Of a stretch of 64,000 nt of DNA, positions 27,896-37,568 are shown piece after piece. The position numbers were made by a program, and so were the translations under genes. The DNA comes from a virus: the IMG/VR virus record IMGVR_UViG_3300027708_000033, positions 1-64,000 of that record. The stretch is one strand, 5' to 3'. The notes under the pieces are model-generated. The model did no database searches. It was not told where the DNA came from and was given only the letters and a program-made list of their open reading frames with translations. Positions within the stretch are counted from its first letter, which is position 1. The number at the start of each line of letters is the position of its first letter.

Positions 27896-28370
27896 TTTTA
27901 ACCTCACATTTGTTGCAGTAGTTTGCGTTGTCCGGATTTGGACCAACGTCGTCGATGGCTCTAGTACACTTTACGCACTTGACACCTTCAGCTTTTACCT
28001 CGTAACCAACGGACTGTCGTTTACGGTTCTTCTCCATCTTCTGCAAGTAGAAGTGGTTGAGTTCCTCATCTGTGCCGCCACAAGCAACAATGATGTTTGC
28101 CACAAAGTGGAGAACATCTACGGCTTCCTTGATTACTTCTTCACGGTCTGCGTATGGCTCGTCCATTTGCCAAGGCTTCCATGATAGAGGCTGGCGCATT
28201 TCAGCAAGTTCATCGTCAATAGCAAGCATGTTCCAACGGATGTACTCGATTAGATTGTTAATCTTCTCAGGTTCGTCGCCGTGCATGGAATCGTAGTCAA
28301 TTTTGTAAACGTTCTTTTGAAGGTCTTTGGTTCGTGCTAGCCACTCGCCGAACAGTTCTCCATTTGTCAT
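27888..28370 (-). CDS. all-alpha NTP pyrophosphatase (dimeric dUTPase/dCTPase, MazG-like)
   Basis: ELAEM....WKPW, EAVDVLHF, Y..K...N..RQ..GY; C-terminal CxxC..CxxC. Confidence 0.85.
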   Translation of the reverse strand: MTNGELFGEWLARTKDLQKNVYKIDYDSMHGDEPEKINNLIEYIRWNMLAIDDELAEMRQPLSWKPWQMDEPYADREEVIKEAVDVLHFVANIIVACGGTDEELNHFYLQKMEKNRKRQSVGYEVKAEGVKCVKCTRAIDDVGPNPDNANYCNKCEVKND

Positions 28371-29392
28371 TTGGTTGCCTTTCGTTTTGTAATACCTAAT
28401 GTCTTATGCAAGTTCTTCTGTGCATCGTCTAGAGAGGGGATAGCTGCTAAATACTCTTCACGCTGCTTAGTAGCAATTGTATTACGCTCATCTTGCGATA
28501 GCGCCTCAATGTTAGCAGCTAGATTTCCCCATGACTGACCAATCTTTACAGTTTCTGTCCATAGGCTGGCGATAGGAGTTGCGGTGTTCATGGCTTGAAT
28601 GTATCTGTAAGTCCACCATGTGCCGTCTTTTTTATGTGGAGTAACAAGTACTCCAGTTGAACGAGCAATTTGTTCTTCTACCAAGCTGTCAGACCAGCCT
28701 TTGTTCCACTTCATCAGACTCACTGGATACACTAACCCAGTAGACACTTTTTCGACCCACGGCGAGTTAGACGAATCCGCGGACCACTTTAATCGACGGT
28801 CTACTTCATAGTGTGCAGGTGTTAGTAGCTCGGCATCTAAGTTGATTCCAACTAAGTTTTGGCTAGCATACTGTGAAAGCTGGTTGCTGACCGCTGAAGC
28901 ATCTTGCCATGGCAAACTTGGATAAATAGTTGTAGGCCAGTCAGCCGTTAGAAGCTGCTCAATAGTTGCCAGAAGACGCCTACGGACCGCATCTTGGCTA
29001 GCCTGCTGAAATCCTTGCCTATTGATGTAAAAGTCCTTGGTGAACGTGTGCGGGTTAGCTGTTACGCTCTTTAGGCTTGCAATAATCTGCCCAGGCTGAG
29101 GCGAATCAACTAGCAGCGTAAGTCGTTTGTCGTTTAGTAACTCAGTGATAACGTGCAACCCACCGTAGCAATAGTTTGCACTCAAACTTGTGAGTGGAGA
29201 AATACCCACGATTACAGAGTCAAATTGGTCTAAAAACTCTTTTGTCCATGCAATAGATGGAACTTCCCATAGCACATCGTGGCCAGCATTGCTCAGCGAT
29301 TTTTCAAGTACTCCAGCAAAACTCAATGAACGAGCATTAGCCTTGCGAGAGGCTTGTGCTGCGGACATTCCTGTCAGGAGAATTTTGCTCAT
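28367..29392 (-). CDS. GT-B fold glycosyltransferase, possibly DNA-modifying (T4 BGT-like)
   Basis: KILLTG..GHDV.W..FDSVIVG..LLVD and W.YRYIQAM.T.TP resemble GT-B/beta-glucosyltransferase motifs; located in the nucleotide operon. Confidence 0.55.
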   Translation of the reverse strand: MSKILLTGMSAAQASRKANARSLSFAGVLEKSLSNAGHDVLWEVPSIAWTKEFLDQFDSVIVGISPLTSLSANYCYGGLHVITELLNDKRLTLLVDSPQPGQIIASLKSVTANPHTFTKDFYINRQGFQQASQDAVRRRLLATIEQLLTADWPTTIYPSLPWQDASAVSNQLSQYASQNLVGINLDAELLTPAHYEVDRRLKWSADSSNSPWVEKVSTGLVYPVSLMKWNKGWSDSLVEEQIARSTGVLVTPHKKDGTWWTYRYIQAMNTATPIASLWTETVKIGQSWGNLAANIEALSQDERNTIATKQREEYLAAIPSLDDAQKNLHKTLGITKRKATK

Positions 29393-29440
29393 TTGTTTTT
29401 GGTTTCTAAAAATTAAGTGAAGTTATTCTTCGTGCGTAGC

Positions 29441-29479
29441 GCACCTAGGTACCGCCTAAAATAGACGATACCTAGGCAC
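29441..29479 (-). terminator. long hairpin after the SSB gene
   Basis: GTGCCTAGGTATCGTCTA-TTT-TAGGCGGTACCTAGGTGC, with G-U pairs on the minus strand. Confidence 0.65.
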
Positions 29480-29491
29480 AAGTTCTGTAAT

Positions 29492-30067
29492 TTAGAACGG
29501 TGACGCAGGTGCTGCAGGTGGAGCAGCAGGCGGCGCAACTTGAGCTTCAACAACTGGAGCTGCAGCTGGCGCTGGAGCTGGAGCAGGTGCAGGAGCAGGC
29601 GCTGGAGCCGGTGCAGGAGCAGCAGGAGCTACAGGAGCATCAGCGGCAGCTACAGGAGCGCCAACATAGTACTTCTTGATTTCGTTCTTCTTAGCACCCT
29701 GCCATACACGAGAACCAATCTGTGCACGGAAGACGCGGTGAAGAATAGCAGCCTCGATAGCTGAGTTGCTTGGGCTAGTTGCGAAGTACTCGCGAGTTAG
29801 ACCTAGCGCTGCCATCTTCGAGAAGAAGATGCCTAGCGCTGCTGGACTGTCCGGTGACACAACCAAGTTGTCCCAGATGCGACGCTTAGCAAACGCGCCA
29901 ACCTGGACTTCAGTTGTAATTTTGAACATGGTCTTACCTGACTGTGAAACTGCAGCCGAAGCTTCAATCACCTTCAGGTCGTAATCGCCATCTGGTAGTG
30001 GCTCGAATGAACCGCCGGTTGCTTCACCGGCGTCTTTTACTAGGTCGCCCCAGTTGAGTGAACTCAT
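29492..30067 (-). CDS. DUF669-like single-stranded DNA-binding protein with Ala-Pro tail
   Basis: FEPLPDGDY..KV..A...SGK.M...IWDNL...NEIKK; (AP)n linker; ends PF. Confidence 0.8.
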   Translation of the reverse strand: MSSLNWGDLVKDAGEATGGSFEPLPDGDYDLKVIEASAAVSQSGKTMFKITTEVQVGAFAKRRIWDNLVVSPDSPAALGIFFSKMAALGLTREYFATSPSNSAIEAAILHRVFRAQIGSRVWQGAKKNEIKKYYVGAPVAAADAPVAPAAPAPAPAPAPAPAPAPAPAAAPVVEAQVAPPAAPPAAPASPF

Positions 30068-30113
30068 AGTTCAGTTTTCCTTATCTCTTTATGAGGACCG
30101 TCTAACCGGGTGG

Positions 30114-30878
30114 CTAAGACGACTTCTTTTTTGTTTCAGTTTTTTCACCGAAAATCATGTCGAGCATGCGCTCGATTCCCATGTCGTGCTGCTCAACGAC
30201 CTTACCTAGTCGTCCCTGCACACGCTCACCAGCTTCAAACTGGTCGGTGCGCTCAACATACATGCGACGTGCTTTGTAAGCTGGCTGAGTTGGGTCTGGA
30301 TTAGCCACAGTTTCCACGTTGATTGCGCCAAGAACATCGTAGAAATACGGTGCCTGGATAGCAAGCTGTCCCTGCAAGTATGGACGTAGTCGACCATCTT
30401 GTCCAGGTCTAGCCATTGCAGTAAGTACTACTGCCTCTAGTGGAGCTGTTGCATGCATTGTCAAGTCGCGCAAGTCACGAAGTAGAGCACCCATGTGACG
30501 AAGAAGTTCGCCCCACTGCTGCATCTGCATCTGGTTCTTGCCAGCAATTTGGTCCATGCACTTGACCTGAAGCTCCGAGATGGAGTCGATAATCAAGCTC
30601 TTGAACTGGTGCTTGCCAAGCTGTAGCCATTGGTAAGCCTTGAGAACTGTGTCGTAGTCGCGAACCATGACAACACAAGTGTCCCATGTTCCGTCAGCTA
30701 CTGGCGGTTCTTCTCGTAGTGGGTCCCAGTACTTAACGTTGATTGGTAGGAATCTGTGTCCACCTTCAACGTCGAGCATTAGGCGTGGGTATGGTGCTGT
30801 GACTGCCAAGGTGGACTTTCCAACCTTTGACTCGCCATAGACCATGATAGTTAGACTGCGTTGTACGTCAGACATCAT
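30114..30878 (-). CDS. AAA_24 / Sak4-like ATPase (recombination)
   Basis: YGESKVGKST, LDVEGG, LIIDSISE. Confidence 0.85.
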   Translation of the reverse strand: MMSDVQRSLTIMVYGESKVGKSTLAVTAPYPRLMLDVEGGHRFLPINVKYWDPLREEPPVADGTWDTCVVMVRDYDTVLKAYQWLQLGKHQFKSLIIDSISELQVKCMDQIAGKNQMQMQQWGELLRHMGALLRDLRDLTMHATAPLEAVVLTAMARPGQDGRLRPYLQGQLAIQAPYFYDVLGAINVETVANPDPTQPAYKARRMYVERTDQFEAGERVQGRLGKVVEQHDMGIERMLDMIFGEKTETKKKSS

Positions 30879-31822
30879 TCACTTCCTTTTTTCTCATCTG
30901 TTATTCCGTAATATCCGTACGGGTCGGATGCTTCAAAAGAATCACTCAGTGCTTGCTCTGCGGCAGAACCGTCATCGATAAGCGTACACACAGAGTAAAA
31001 CTGGCACTTCCACTTGCAGTCACGACTTGGTCGTGGATAGGCTAAGAACTGGTGGTTTCCTCCAGCGTCTAGACCTTCACGCACTCGCATCATGTCTTCA
31101 AGAGTACCGTGTAGACGCTGCCAAAAAGCTCGCAGTGTAAACACGTTGTGGCGTACTTCCATCTGCTCAAAAAATGGCGGACGTGCATTTGCAGTTCGCT
31201 TTACCTTTTTGAGAAGCGTGAAGATACCACCTTCTGAACGCTCACCCTCTTTGTTTTGGGCTTGTTCAAGAAGCATGTAAGTCAGAATCTGTTCGTTCAT
31301 TGCAGCTTGACTAGTAAAGTCAGCAAACGAACCACCAACAGTTTTAAAGTCACGGAACATACGGACACCGTCACCCTTGCGGCGTACTCGCATGTCGAGC
31401 TTACCTTGAAGAATAACCTTGCCGTCCATCAAAGGCATCTCAATGATTTCTTCATTAGAGATTCTCTCTAGCTCGGCGTCAATGCCTTCGTCTTCGACCC
31501 ACTGAAGATAGCCTTCAAGCATGATGCGGCCAAGCTCGCCTTCACTGTCAATTTCACTTGTGTCGCTAAAAGTGTCAATAAGAGTTTGACGGTCTTTTTC
31601 TAGCAACTGTGCGTGAGCTTCAAGAAGTGGAATGTCTTTTGAATAGTACATGTCTAGTGCTTCGTGAATACGAGAGCCTAGAGCAAGCGCACCAGTCATG
31701 TTGGCGCTCTTTGGCTTTAGACGACGGTAGTACGATAACCACCATTTGCGTCGACAGTCTTTGAATGTTTGAATCTCAGAGTTTGAGATTCTAACCGGGG
31801 CTTTTTGTTCTTGTTCAGTCAT
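30875..31822 (-). CDS. PD-(D/E)XK Cas4/RecB-like exonuclease
   Basis: SNSEI..F..C.RKW, GS.IH.AL, GKLD...DFKT, Q..TY, C.WKC.F..VC. Confidence 0.88.
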   Translation of the reverse strand: MTEQEQKAPVRISNSEIQTFKDCRRKWWLSYYRRLKPKSANMTGALALGSRIHEALDMYYSKDIPLLEAHAQLLEKDRQTLIDTFSDTSEIDSEGELGRIMLEGYLQWVEDEGIDAELERISNEEIIEMPLMDGKVILQGKLDMRVRRKGDGVRMFRDFKTVGGSFADFTSQAAMNEQILTYMLLEQAQNKEGERSEGGIFTLLKKVKRTANARPPFFEQMEVRHNVFTLRAFWQRLHGTLEDMMRVREGLDAGGNHQFLAYPRPSRDCKWKCQFYSVCTLIDDGSAAEQALSDSFEASDPYGYYGITDEKKGSE

Positions 31823-33633
31823 TATAGGTTACCTGCCTTGTCGTCCTTGAGTAGTGCTAGTAGTTTGTCTTTGTCCTTGACGATTTGTTCAAAGTTGTCT
31901 GCCTTAGTTTCTAAGACTTGTAGTACACGTTCTTCGATAGTTCCTTCAGTGACGTAGTCCATTATAACCACAGAATCGTGAATTTCTGAACCAATTCTGT
32001 GAATTCTGTCAATTGCTTGCTTGTGCTCAACCAACGACCAAGGTCGCTGAAGCATAACCAAACGTCGACCAGCAGTCAGTGTGATACCAACACCACCAGC
32101 TGCAGCTGTAAACAACACCCATTTGATTCGACCAGACTGGAAGTCATCTACGGCTTTTTGGCGTTCGTCTTCGTCTTGTGCACCAGTGATAAGTCCATGT
32201 GGAATGTCAGCTTTAGTAAGTTCTGCACTGAGCAGCTCGATTAGTTGACGAGACACGGCGCACACCGCAACTGAGTCGTCACCAAAGTCTCCAGATTTAA
32301 TGTCGTCCATTAGTGCGTCAATCTTTGCAGATGGACCGACTAGAACGGTTTTAGTCTCACCTGTAGTCTCGTCTACTTGAAGTTCTGCAAATGAACTAGC
32401 AAACTGGAGTAAACGTGTTGTCTGAGTCAATGGACTTGGCGCTACAACCGCATCACCGTTTTCAAGTTCTGCAATCATGAGGTCACGCATCTGCTCATAG
32501 GCTTTTTTCTGCTTAGGTGACATCTCAACGTCTCGACGCTCGAACATCATCTCAGGTAGCCAAGGCAGAACGCGTGCCTTTAGCATGCGGCGCATTCTTG
32601 GATTTATAGCTGCATGGAATTCCTGCTGCATGTGCGACTTGACCCCAAGAACCATCATGCCGCCAAATGCATTTAGCATTGTGTCAATCATGCGGTCAAT
32701 CCATCTAGTTTTGCTAGGCCACTCTTCTGGAGAAATCCAGTGCAAAATTGCCCACATGTCTAGAACATTGTTTGCAATTGGGGTACCAGTCAGTGCGTAA
32801 CGAATGTCCGCATCTCCAGTTGCCGCCCAAAGTGCGCGAGTCTGTTTAGACTTAGGTTCCTTTGAACGGTGCATCTCATCGGCAATAACAGCTTTAAAGT
32901 CCATCTTGTTTAGCTCACGTAAATGCACCTCGCAACGATTCTCTGAAACCTTCTCGTCATGACCGCCGCATTCTGTGCAACGAGCAAGTGCAACTGAACC
33001 ATAAGGTGCTAATCTTGAGTGTGAACGCAACGACTCCCAGTTGATTACATAAACATGAGTGCCGTCTTCTTCAAATTGCTTTTTACGCTGAGTTGCTGAA
33101 CCTTTGATTACAGTGACGTTTACTCCTGGCCACCACTTAGCAAACTCGCGCTTCCAGTTTTTCTTTAGAGTGTTTGGGCAAACGACTAGCGCAGGAAACA
33201 CCTGTTCACCGCGTCCGTTCAGTTCTGCTAGTGCGCGAATAGCCTGAGCTGTTTTGCCAAGACCAGGCTCATCTGCTAGAAGTGCACGACGCGCTGTTGC
33301 TAGGAACTTTACTCCTGCACGCTGGTGTGGAAACAAATCTTGATAACCTTCACCGTCAGGCAGCGACTCAAGGTCGCGAAGCTCATTTGATGGAGTTATT
33401 CTAGTAGCAAGTTCGTTTGCTGCCCAATCTCCAAGCTTTCCACCGATAACTAGCTCGTCACGAAAAGTTGAGCGCAGCGCTAAACAAGTTGCCCACGAAA
33501 CCGGGATTTTCCAAAGCTGGTCTTTGGCACTGTAACTTGCGCCAGGGATACTCTTGCAAAGTTCTTTGTAACGCCATTCGGCGCCGATGATAATGTGCTT
33601 GCCTGTTTCATCAAGCTCAACGTTTACTGGCAT
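31822..33633 (-). CDS. SNF2-family DNA helicase
   Basis: DEPGLGKT, ADEMH, LTGTP, GVGITL, QAIDRIHRIG. Confidence 0.92.
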   Translation of the reverse strand: MPVNVELDETGKHIIIGAEWRYKELCKSIPGASYSAKDQLWKIPVSWATCLALRSTFRDELVIGGKLGDWAANELATRITPSNELRDLESLPDGEGYQDLFPHQRAGVKFLATARRALLADEPGLGKTAQAIRALAELNGRGEQVFPALVVCPNTLKKNWKREFAKWWPGVNVTVIKGSATQRKKQFEEDGTHVYVINWESLRSHSRLAPYGSVALARCTECGGHDEKVSENRCEVHLRELNKMDFKAVIADEMHRSKEPKSKQTRALWAATGDADIRYALTGTPIANNVLDMWAILHWISPEEWPSKTRWIDRMIDTMLNAFGGMMVLGVKSHMQQEFHAAINPRMRRMLKARVLPWLPEMMFERRDVEMSPKQKKAYEQMRDLMIAELENGDAVVAPSPLTQTTRLLQFASSFAELQVDETTGETKTVLVGPSAKIDALMDDIKSGDFGDDSVAVCAVSRQLIELLSAELTKADIPHGLITGAQDEDERQKAVDDFQSGRIKWVLFTAAAGGVGITLTAGRRLVMLQRPWSLVEHKQAIDRIHRIGSEIHDSVVIMDYVTEGTIEERVLQVLETKADNFEQIVKDKDKLLALLKDDKAGNL

Positions 33634-33635
33634 GC

Positions 33636-33663
33636 TGTTCCTTTCGTCATTAAGTTCATAGTA
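33636..33663 (-). promoter_or_regulatory. promoter -10 plus conserved leader motif
   Basis: TACTAT-N6-AATGACGAAAGGAACA just before the helicase ATG. Confidence 0.65.
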
Positions 33664-33720
33664 TCAAGTAGTTTGATAAAAATACTCGTTTTTGTCTAGT
33701 ATCTTTCAAATTATACAAGT

Positions 33721-34188
33721 TTATTGAAGCAAACGGATAGGCTTCCAACCTAGTCTAATTATGTGAAGCAGTCCGTGGCGAATAGCATCTAAAGCGTGGC
33801 CTTCTCCACCAACATGCCAATACTCAAGTTTCTTTAGTTTAGGGTTGTCGAACATTCCCTTTGCGTCTGACGGCGACTGAAAATAAATGTCTGTAGTTGC
33901 TCGGCCAACATCTAGCAAGCACTGTTTAAGAATTCCAATTTGCTCAAGTGAGAACGGCGCCTGCGAGTTTCTCACAGTCTGCGCGTTGATAGTAAATCGC
34001 TCACATACTATGTCAATCTCAAGTCCCATTTGGTTTGCTGCATCTAGAGCAGCTCTTATCGGTGCTGCGTATTCTTCTTGTTGGACTTCAAGAGACCAGA
34101 CAATCTCTGGTTCCTGGCCATTAGTGTAACTAAATAAAGCCATTCCTGTTGCTTTACCTGGGTCTACTGCTAGAACTAGTTTAGCCAT
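33721..34188 (-). CDS. RuvC-like Holliday junction resolvase
   Basis: VLAVDPGKATG, IVCERF, HALDAIRH. Confidence 0.75.
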   Translation of the reverse strand: MAKLVLAVDPGKATGMALFSYTNGQEPEIVWSLEVQQEEYAAPIRAALDAANQMGLEIDIVCERFTINAQTVRNSQAPFSLEQIGILKQCLLDVGRATTDIYFQSPSDAKGMFDNPKLKKLEYWHVGGEGHALDAIRHGLLHIIRLGWKPIRLLQ

Positions 34189-36008
34189 TAGTACTTATCT
34201 CCCCATGTCTCTAGCGGTCCATCGATTCCAGATGTGAGCGGAACTGCCCAGCCTTCTGTTGTTGTCATGCACTCTTTTACAGTCTGCATGATTTCCTTAA
34301 CGTCCTTGCGTGGAGCATTAAGAACTATTTCGTCATGAACTGGCACGATTAGTAGTTCAGTTAAATCTGCCTGGTCGAGCTTGATTAGATTACTCTTGAA
34401 GACTTCGGCTGCACCTCCTTGGATTAAATAATTGACCAATGTATAAGTGCGGTCATCGTCGCAAGGAATTCGACGTCCAGTCCAAGTTTGCACGTAGCCT
34501 TGACCCTCTGAGCGAAGACGTCTCTGACCTAAATCGTCAATCTGTCTTTGAAACATCGCCATTCCAGGGAAGCGAACATCAAACGCATCTGAAACCGCCT
34601 TCATCTGAGACTTAGTAACTCCAGCTGTAATTGCCTGCTTGTCAACACCGGCGCCATACAGACGACCATAAATTACACCCTTGATGAGATTACGGCGTTT
34701 ATCAGAACGTTGCATTGTAGGGTCTTGGTAAATCTCACGACCAATCTCAGTAAAAGGGTCAGAGCCAGTAGCATCGGCAAGGTTAAACAAGCTGATTAGA
34801 TTTTCGTCCTGCGACATAGACGAGAACATGCGGAACTCTACCTGGTCAAGGTCAGATGTAACAATTACGTGGTCATCGTCTTTAGGCAAGAATGCACGAC
34901 GAACAGTGTCATCTCCTTTTGGCAGTGTCTGCAGTGCTGGTGCAGTAATAGACATGCGACCAGTGCGAGCACCCATAGTTCTAACAGACGGGTGCATGAT
35001 TCCATCGATGTTGCCTTCAATGAAGTTCTTAAAATAAGTATTGGCTAACTTATCTGCTTTGCGCTGTGAGAGAACAGTTTTTGCCAAGTTCTGTACCTCC
35101 GGTGGACCGTCAATAGCAAGAAGTTTTAGCTGGTCTTTGGTCGCTGATTTCTGGCCTGTTGCAGTAAACTCAGTAAACTCTGCTCCAAGAGTTTCAAACT
35201 GACGGACTAGCTGCATGTTGCTTGTAATTGACAGACCGTTGTAGTTGGTCTTAGCCCAGTCTTTTACTTGTTCAGTGTATGCAGTGAGTTCGTCAAACTT
35301 CTTCTTAGAGTAGTCTAGGTCGATACGCGCACCGTTGAGTTCCATGCGAGTAACAATCTTGCGTGTCGCCATCTCAAGTTCATAGGCTCTAGAGTACGGA
35401 CCTTCAGGACCACATTTCTCCCACATCTTTTCAAAGATGCGCATAGTCAAAACTGTGTCTAGCGCACCATATGCCCAGTACGGCTGAAAGCTAGTCGGCA
35501 CAGTTCCCCAAGTCCAGCCATTCTTGTGCATCTCTTCATCTAGGTGTGACTGAAGTTGCGCAGCACGCGGGTCGACATACTGAGCAGTTAGACGCTTCAG
35601 TGCAGCAGATTCAAGTGGGTTGATAATCTGAGCCATAAGCATAGTGTCGTGTGCATTGTGCCAAGGCAGATTCCACCTTGACTGAACTGCAAACCAGCGA
35701 GCCTCAAAGGCAATGTTGTGACAGACAATTGGACCGTCAAACTTGTCCATTGCTTGGTAGAAGACACCTGACCATTCGTCCCAAGGAATCGACCAGCCAT
35801 GCTCTGCGTCACCAACCTGGACTAAACGTAGTTTACCGTGCCATGGAGAAAACGCGTGGTCTTTAGGGTTACCAGGCAGCTCACCTGTTTCAGTGTCGAT
35901 TGCAACAGCGTTCATTGGTCGACGTTCACCAAGCCAGGTAAGAAATTCTCCGGCCTTTTCGACACTATCGACTAGGTCTAGCTTTACACCATCTAATCCT
36001 GTTGTCAT
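34188..36008 (-). CDS. polA: family A DNA polymerase (3'-5' exonuclease + polymerase)
   Basis: DTET, HN..FE, RTGRMS, DLDQVEFR, K...YG..YG, NY.IQG.AA, VHDE. Confidence 0.95.
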   Translation of the reverse strand: MTTGLDGVKLDLVDSVEKAGEFLTWLGERRPMNAVAIDTETGELPGNPKDHAFSPWHGKLRLVQVGDAEHGWSIPWDEWSGVFYQAMDKFDGPIVCHNIAFEARWFAVQSRWNLPWHNAHDTMLMAQIINPLESAALKRLTAQYVDPRAAQLQSHLDEEMHKNGWTWGTVPTSFQPYWAYGALDTVLTMRIFEKMWEKCGPEGPYSRAYELEMATRKIVTRMELNGARIDLDYSKKKFDELTAYTEQVKDWAKTNYNGLSITSNMQLVRQFETLGAEFTEFTATGQKSATKDQLKLLAIDGPPEVQNLAKTVLSQRKADKLANTYFKNFIEGNIDGIMHPSVRTMGARTGRMSITAPALQTLPKGDDTVRRAFLPKDDDHVIVTSDLDQVEFRMFSSMSQDENLISLFNLADATGSDPFTEIGREIYQDPTMQRSDKRRNLIKGVIYGRLYGAGVDKQAITAGVTKSQMKAVSDAFDVRFPGMAMFQRQIDDLGQRRLRSEGQGYVQTWTGRRIPCDDDRTYTLVNYLIQGGAAEVFKSNLIKLDQADLTELLIVPVHDEIVLNAPRKDVKEIMQTVKECMTTTEGWAVPLTSGIDGPLETWGDKY

Positions 36009-36499
36009 TCGTTTTCCTCAATCGTCTCTACTTCAAGCCCACAGCTGCGCAGGTAATCTAATACTTTTTCTGGCTGTCTGTGAACGTCTATTGTTCTTAT
36101 TATAGTCACGACTCTGCGCAAACCTGAGTTGCTAATAAGTTTAGCACACTGCATGCATGGAGCTCCTGTGACGTATATAGTACCGTCGTCAACTCTTGAA
36201 CGGTCTACGTATAGTAGTGCGTTTGCTTCAGCGTGAATAGATGGGCAGGAATCATAAGTATTGTCTAGCGCAGTTAGACCTTGTGCACGCGGGCACCAGT
36301 TGATGCAGTTTCCATCTACCTTTAGATTAGCTGCTGGACCGTTGTAGCCAGTTGCACTAATACGCTGGTTTGCTGATACTACAACTGCACCGACTTGAGC
36401 CCTAGAACAGACTGAGCGTTTGGCTATTAGCCGTGCTATGTCCATCCAGGTTTTATCCCAGCTAGGTCTAGAAGAACTCTCCGTCTTCACCGTCATCAT
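36005..36499 (-). CDS. dCMP deaminase
   Basis: RS.C.R.QVGA, TGYNG, HAEANAL, PCMQCAK. Confidence 0.92.
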   Translation of the reverse strand: MMTVKTESSSRPSWDKTWMDIARLIAKRSVCSRAQVGAVVVSANQRISATGYNGPAANLKVDGNCINWCPRAQGLTALDNTYDSCPSIHAEANALLYVDRSRVDDGTIYVTGAPCMQCAKLISNSGLRRVVTIIRTIDVHRQPEKVLDYLRSCGLEVETIEENE

Positions 36500-36713
36500 A
36501 GAATTCCTGTTCGTCTCTTTCGTCTTCGCGATAATTGTCTTCGTATGGAATCATCATTCCACTTACAAGAACCTGTGCTACTAGGAACAACGCTTCTTGG
36601 GTTTTAAACCCAACCGAGAGCAGTTCTTTGTAGAGCTCGTTGAGCTGGAGCGCGTTAATCCGCAGCGGGCTGATGTATACGTCAGACGCGTATTGGTCAA
36701 ACTCCTCTGGCAT
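36468..36713 (-). CDS. small acidic hypothetical protein
   Basis: 81-aa ORF within the operon; E.YKELL.VGF...EAL. Confidence 0.7.
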   Translation of the reverse strand: MPEEFDQYASDVYISPLRINALQLNELYKELLSVGFKTQEALFLVAQVLVSGMMIPYEDNYREDERDEQEFYDDGEDGEFF

Positions 36714-37568
36714 TTACTCACTCTTTTCTCGGTTTCTGTCAATAGACTTAACCATAGCGTCTGTGTACCATCTAGCTTCTAGAGTTAGACCAGCATACGC
36801 TTCGGCAGAGCCTGTAGCAGCTAATGCAAGATTGGCTTGATTTTGAACATCTTGCCAAGTATCTCCAGTAATAAACGGTACAGGAGTAATCTTATCAGCG
36901 TACTTCAAGTTGTCTGCCGACTCGTAGTGCTGCTCATAGATGTGTAGCGAACCTACATGGTGAGTATACTTGCCAACATCAATGCCTAGAACTGAAGCCA
37001 TAGCGATTTGCACCCTGGTGAACTGGAAGAAGTCGTAAGCAGCACCAAGCCACACATCATTTGAGCGCATGTACACACTCATGTTTAGTTTGTTGTCACG
37101 AATACGGAACTGGTGAAGTGTGGTGCAAGGATAGTCACGCTTGCCATCTTCTAGGTCAAGAGACGGGTCCCAGATAGTTACAAGTGCTTGCCGACTGTCA
37201 GGGTCTTTTTTTAGACGCTCAATGATTGGTGCGTACTGGTTTTGAGTACGTGGACCGTAAGCGCCATGGAAAGTTCCATCATCATTTGTGTAAGCCTTGA
37301 ACTGAGGGCCGACCGCTACTAGTAATTCGTGAGCAGAGACACCGCCTAGCAGTTGCATTGCTTCAACTGCACCAATACCTGGAACAGTGCCGCGGTTGAT
37401 GCCGAGTGGTAACGTGTCGTATGGATTTTCGATACGAATGACTGCATCTTCAATCTCGCGGGTCTTCTGACCACGAGGTGCTACTTCTTTACCGTGCTTT
37501 AGTACATGCTGCACTAGGTCAACGTAACCGTTGACTCCATCAGCGATGTTGATTACCGCAGAATCCAT
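36714..37568 (-). CDS. thymidylate synthase superfamily enzyme, probably dCMP (hydroxy)methylase
   Basis: SRQA, PC, MRSND.WLG..YD (Asp at the ThyA Asn177 position), GSLHIYE. Confidence 0.8.
   Translation of the reverse strand: MDSAVINIADGVNGYVDLVQHVLKHGKEVAPRGQKTREIEDAVIRIENPYDTLPLGINRGTVPGIGAVEAMQLLGGVSAHELLVAVGPQFKAYTNDDGTFHGAYGPRTQNQYAPIIERLKKDPDSRQALVTIWDPSLDLEDGKRDYPCTTLHQFRIRDNKLNMSVYMRSNDVWLGAAYDFFQFTRVQIAMASVLGIDVGKYTHHVGSLHIYEQHYESADNLKYADKITPVPFITGDTWQDVQNQANLALAATGSAEAYAGLTLEARWYTDAMVKSIDRNREKSE

Noticed and set aside
29520-29660. GCAGG/GCTGG-rich repeats as CRISPR or non-coding repeat
   Set aside because: They encode the Ala-Pro linker of the SSB; the 56140-56220 repeats likewise encode VVEP
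30875-31822. Cas4-like gene as evidence of CRISPR-Cas
   Set aside because: No array or other cas genes seen; sits in the usual phage nuclease/ATPase/SSB recombination module
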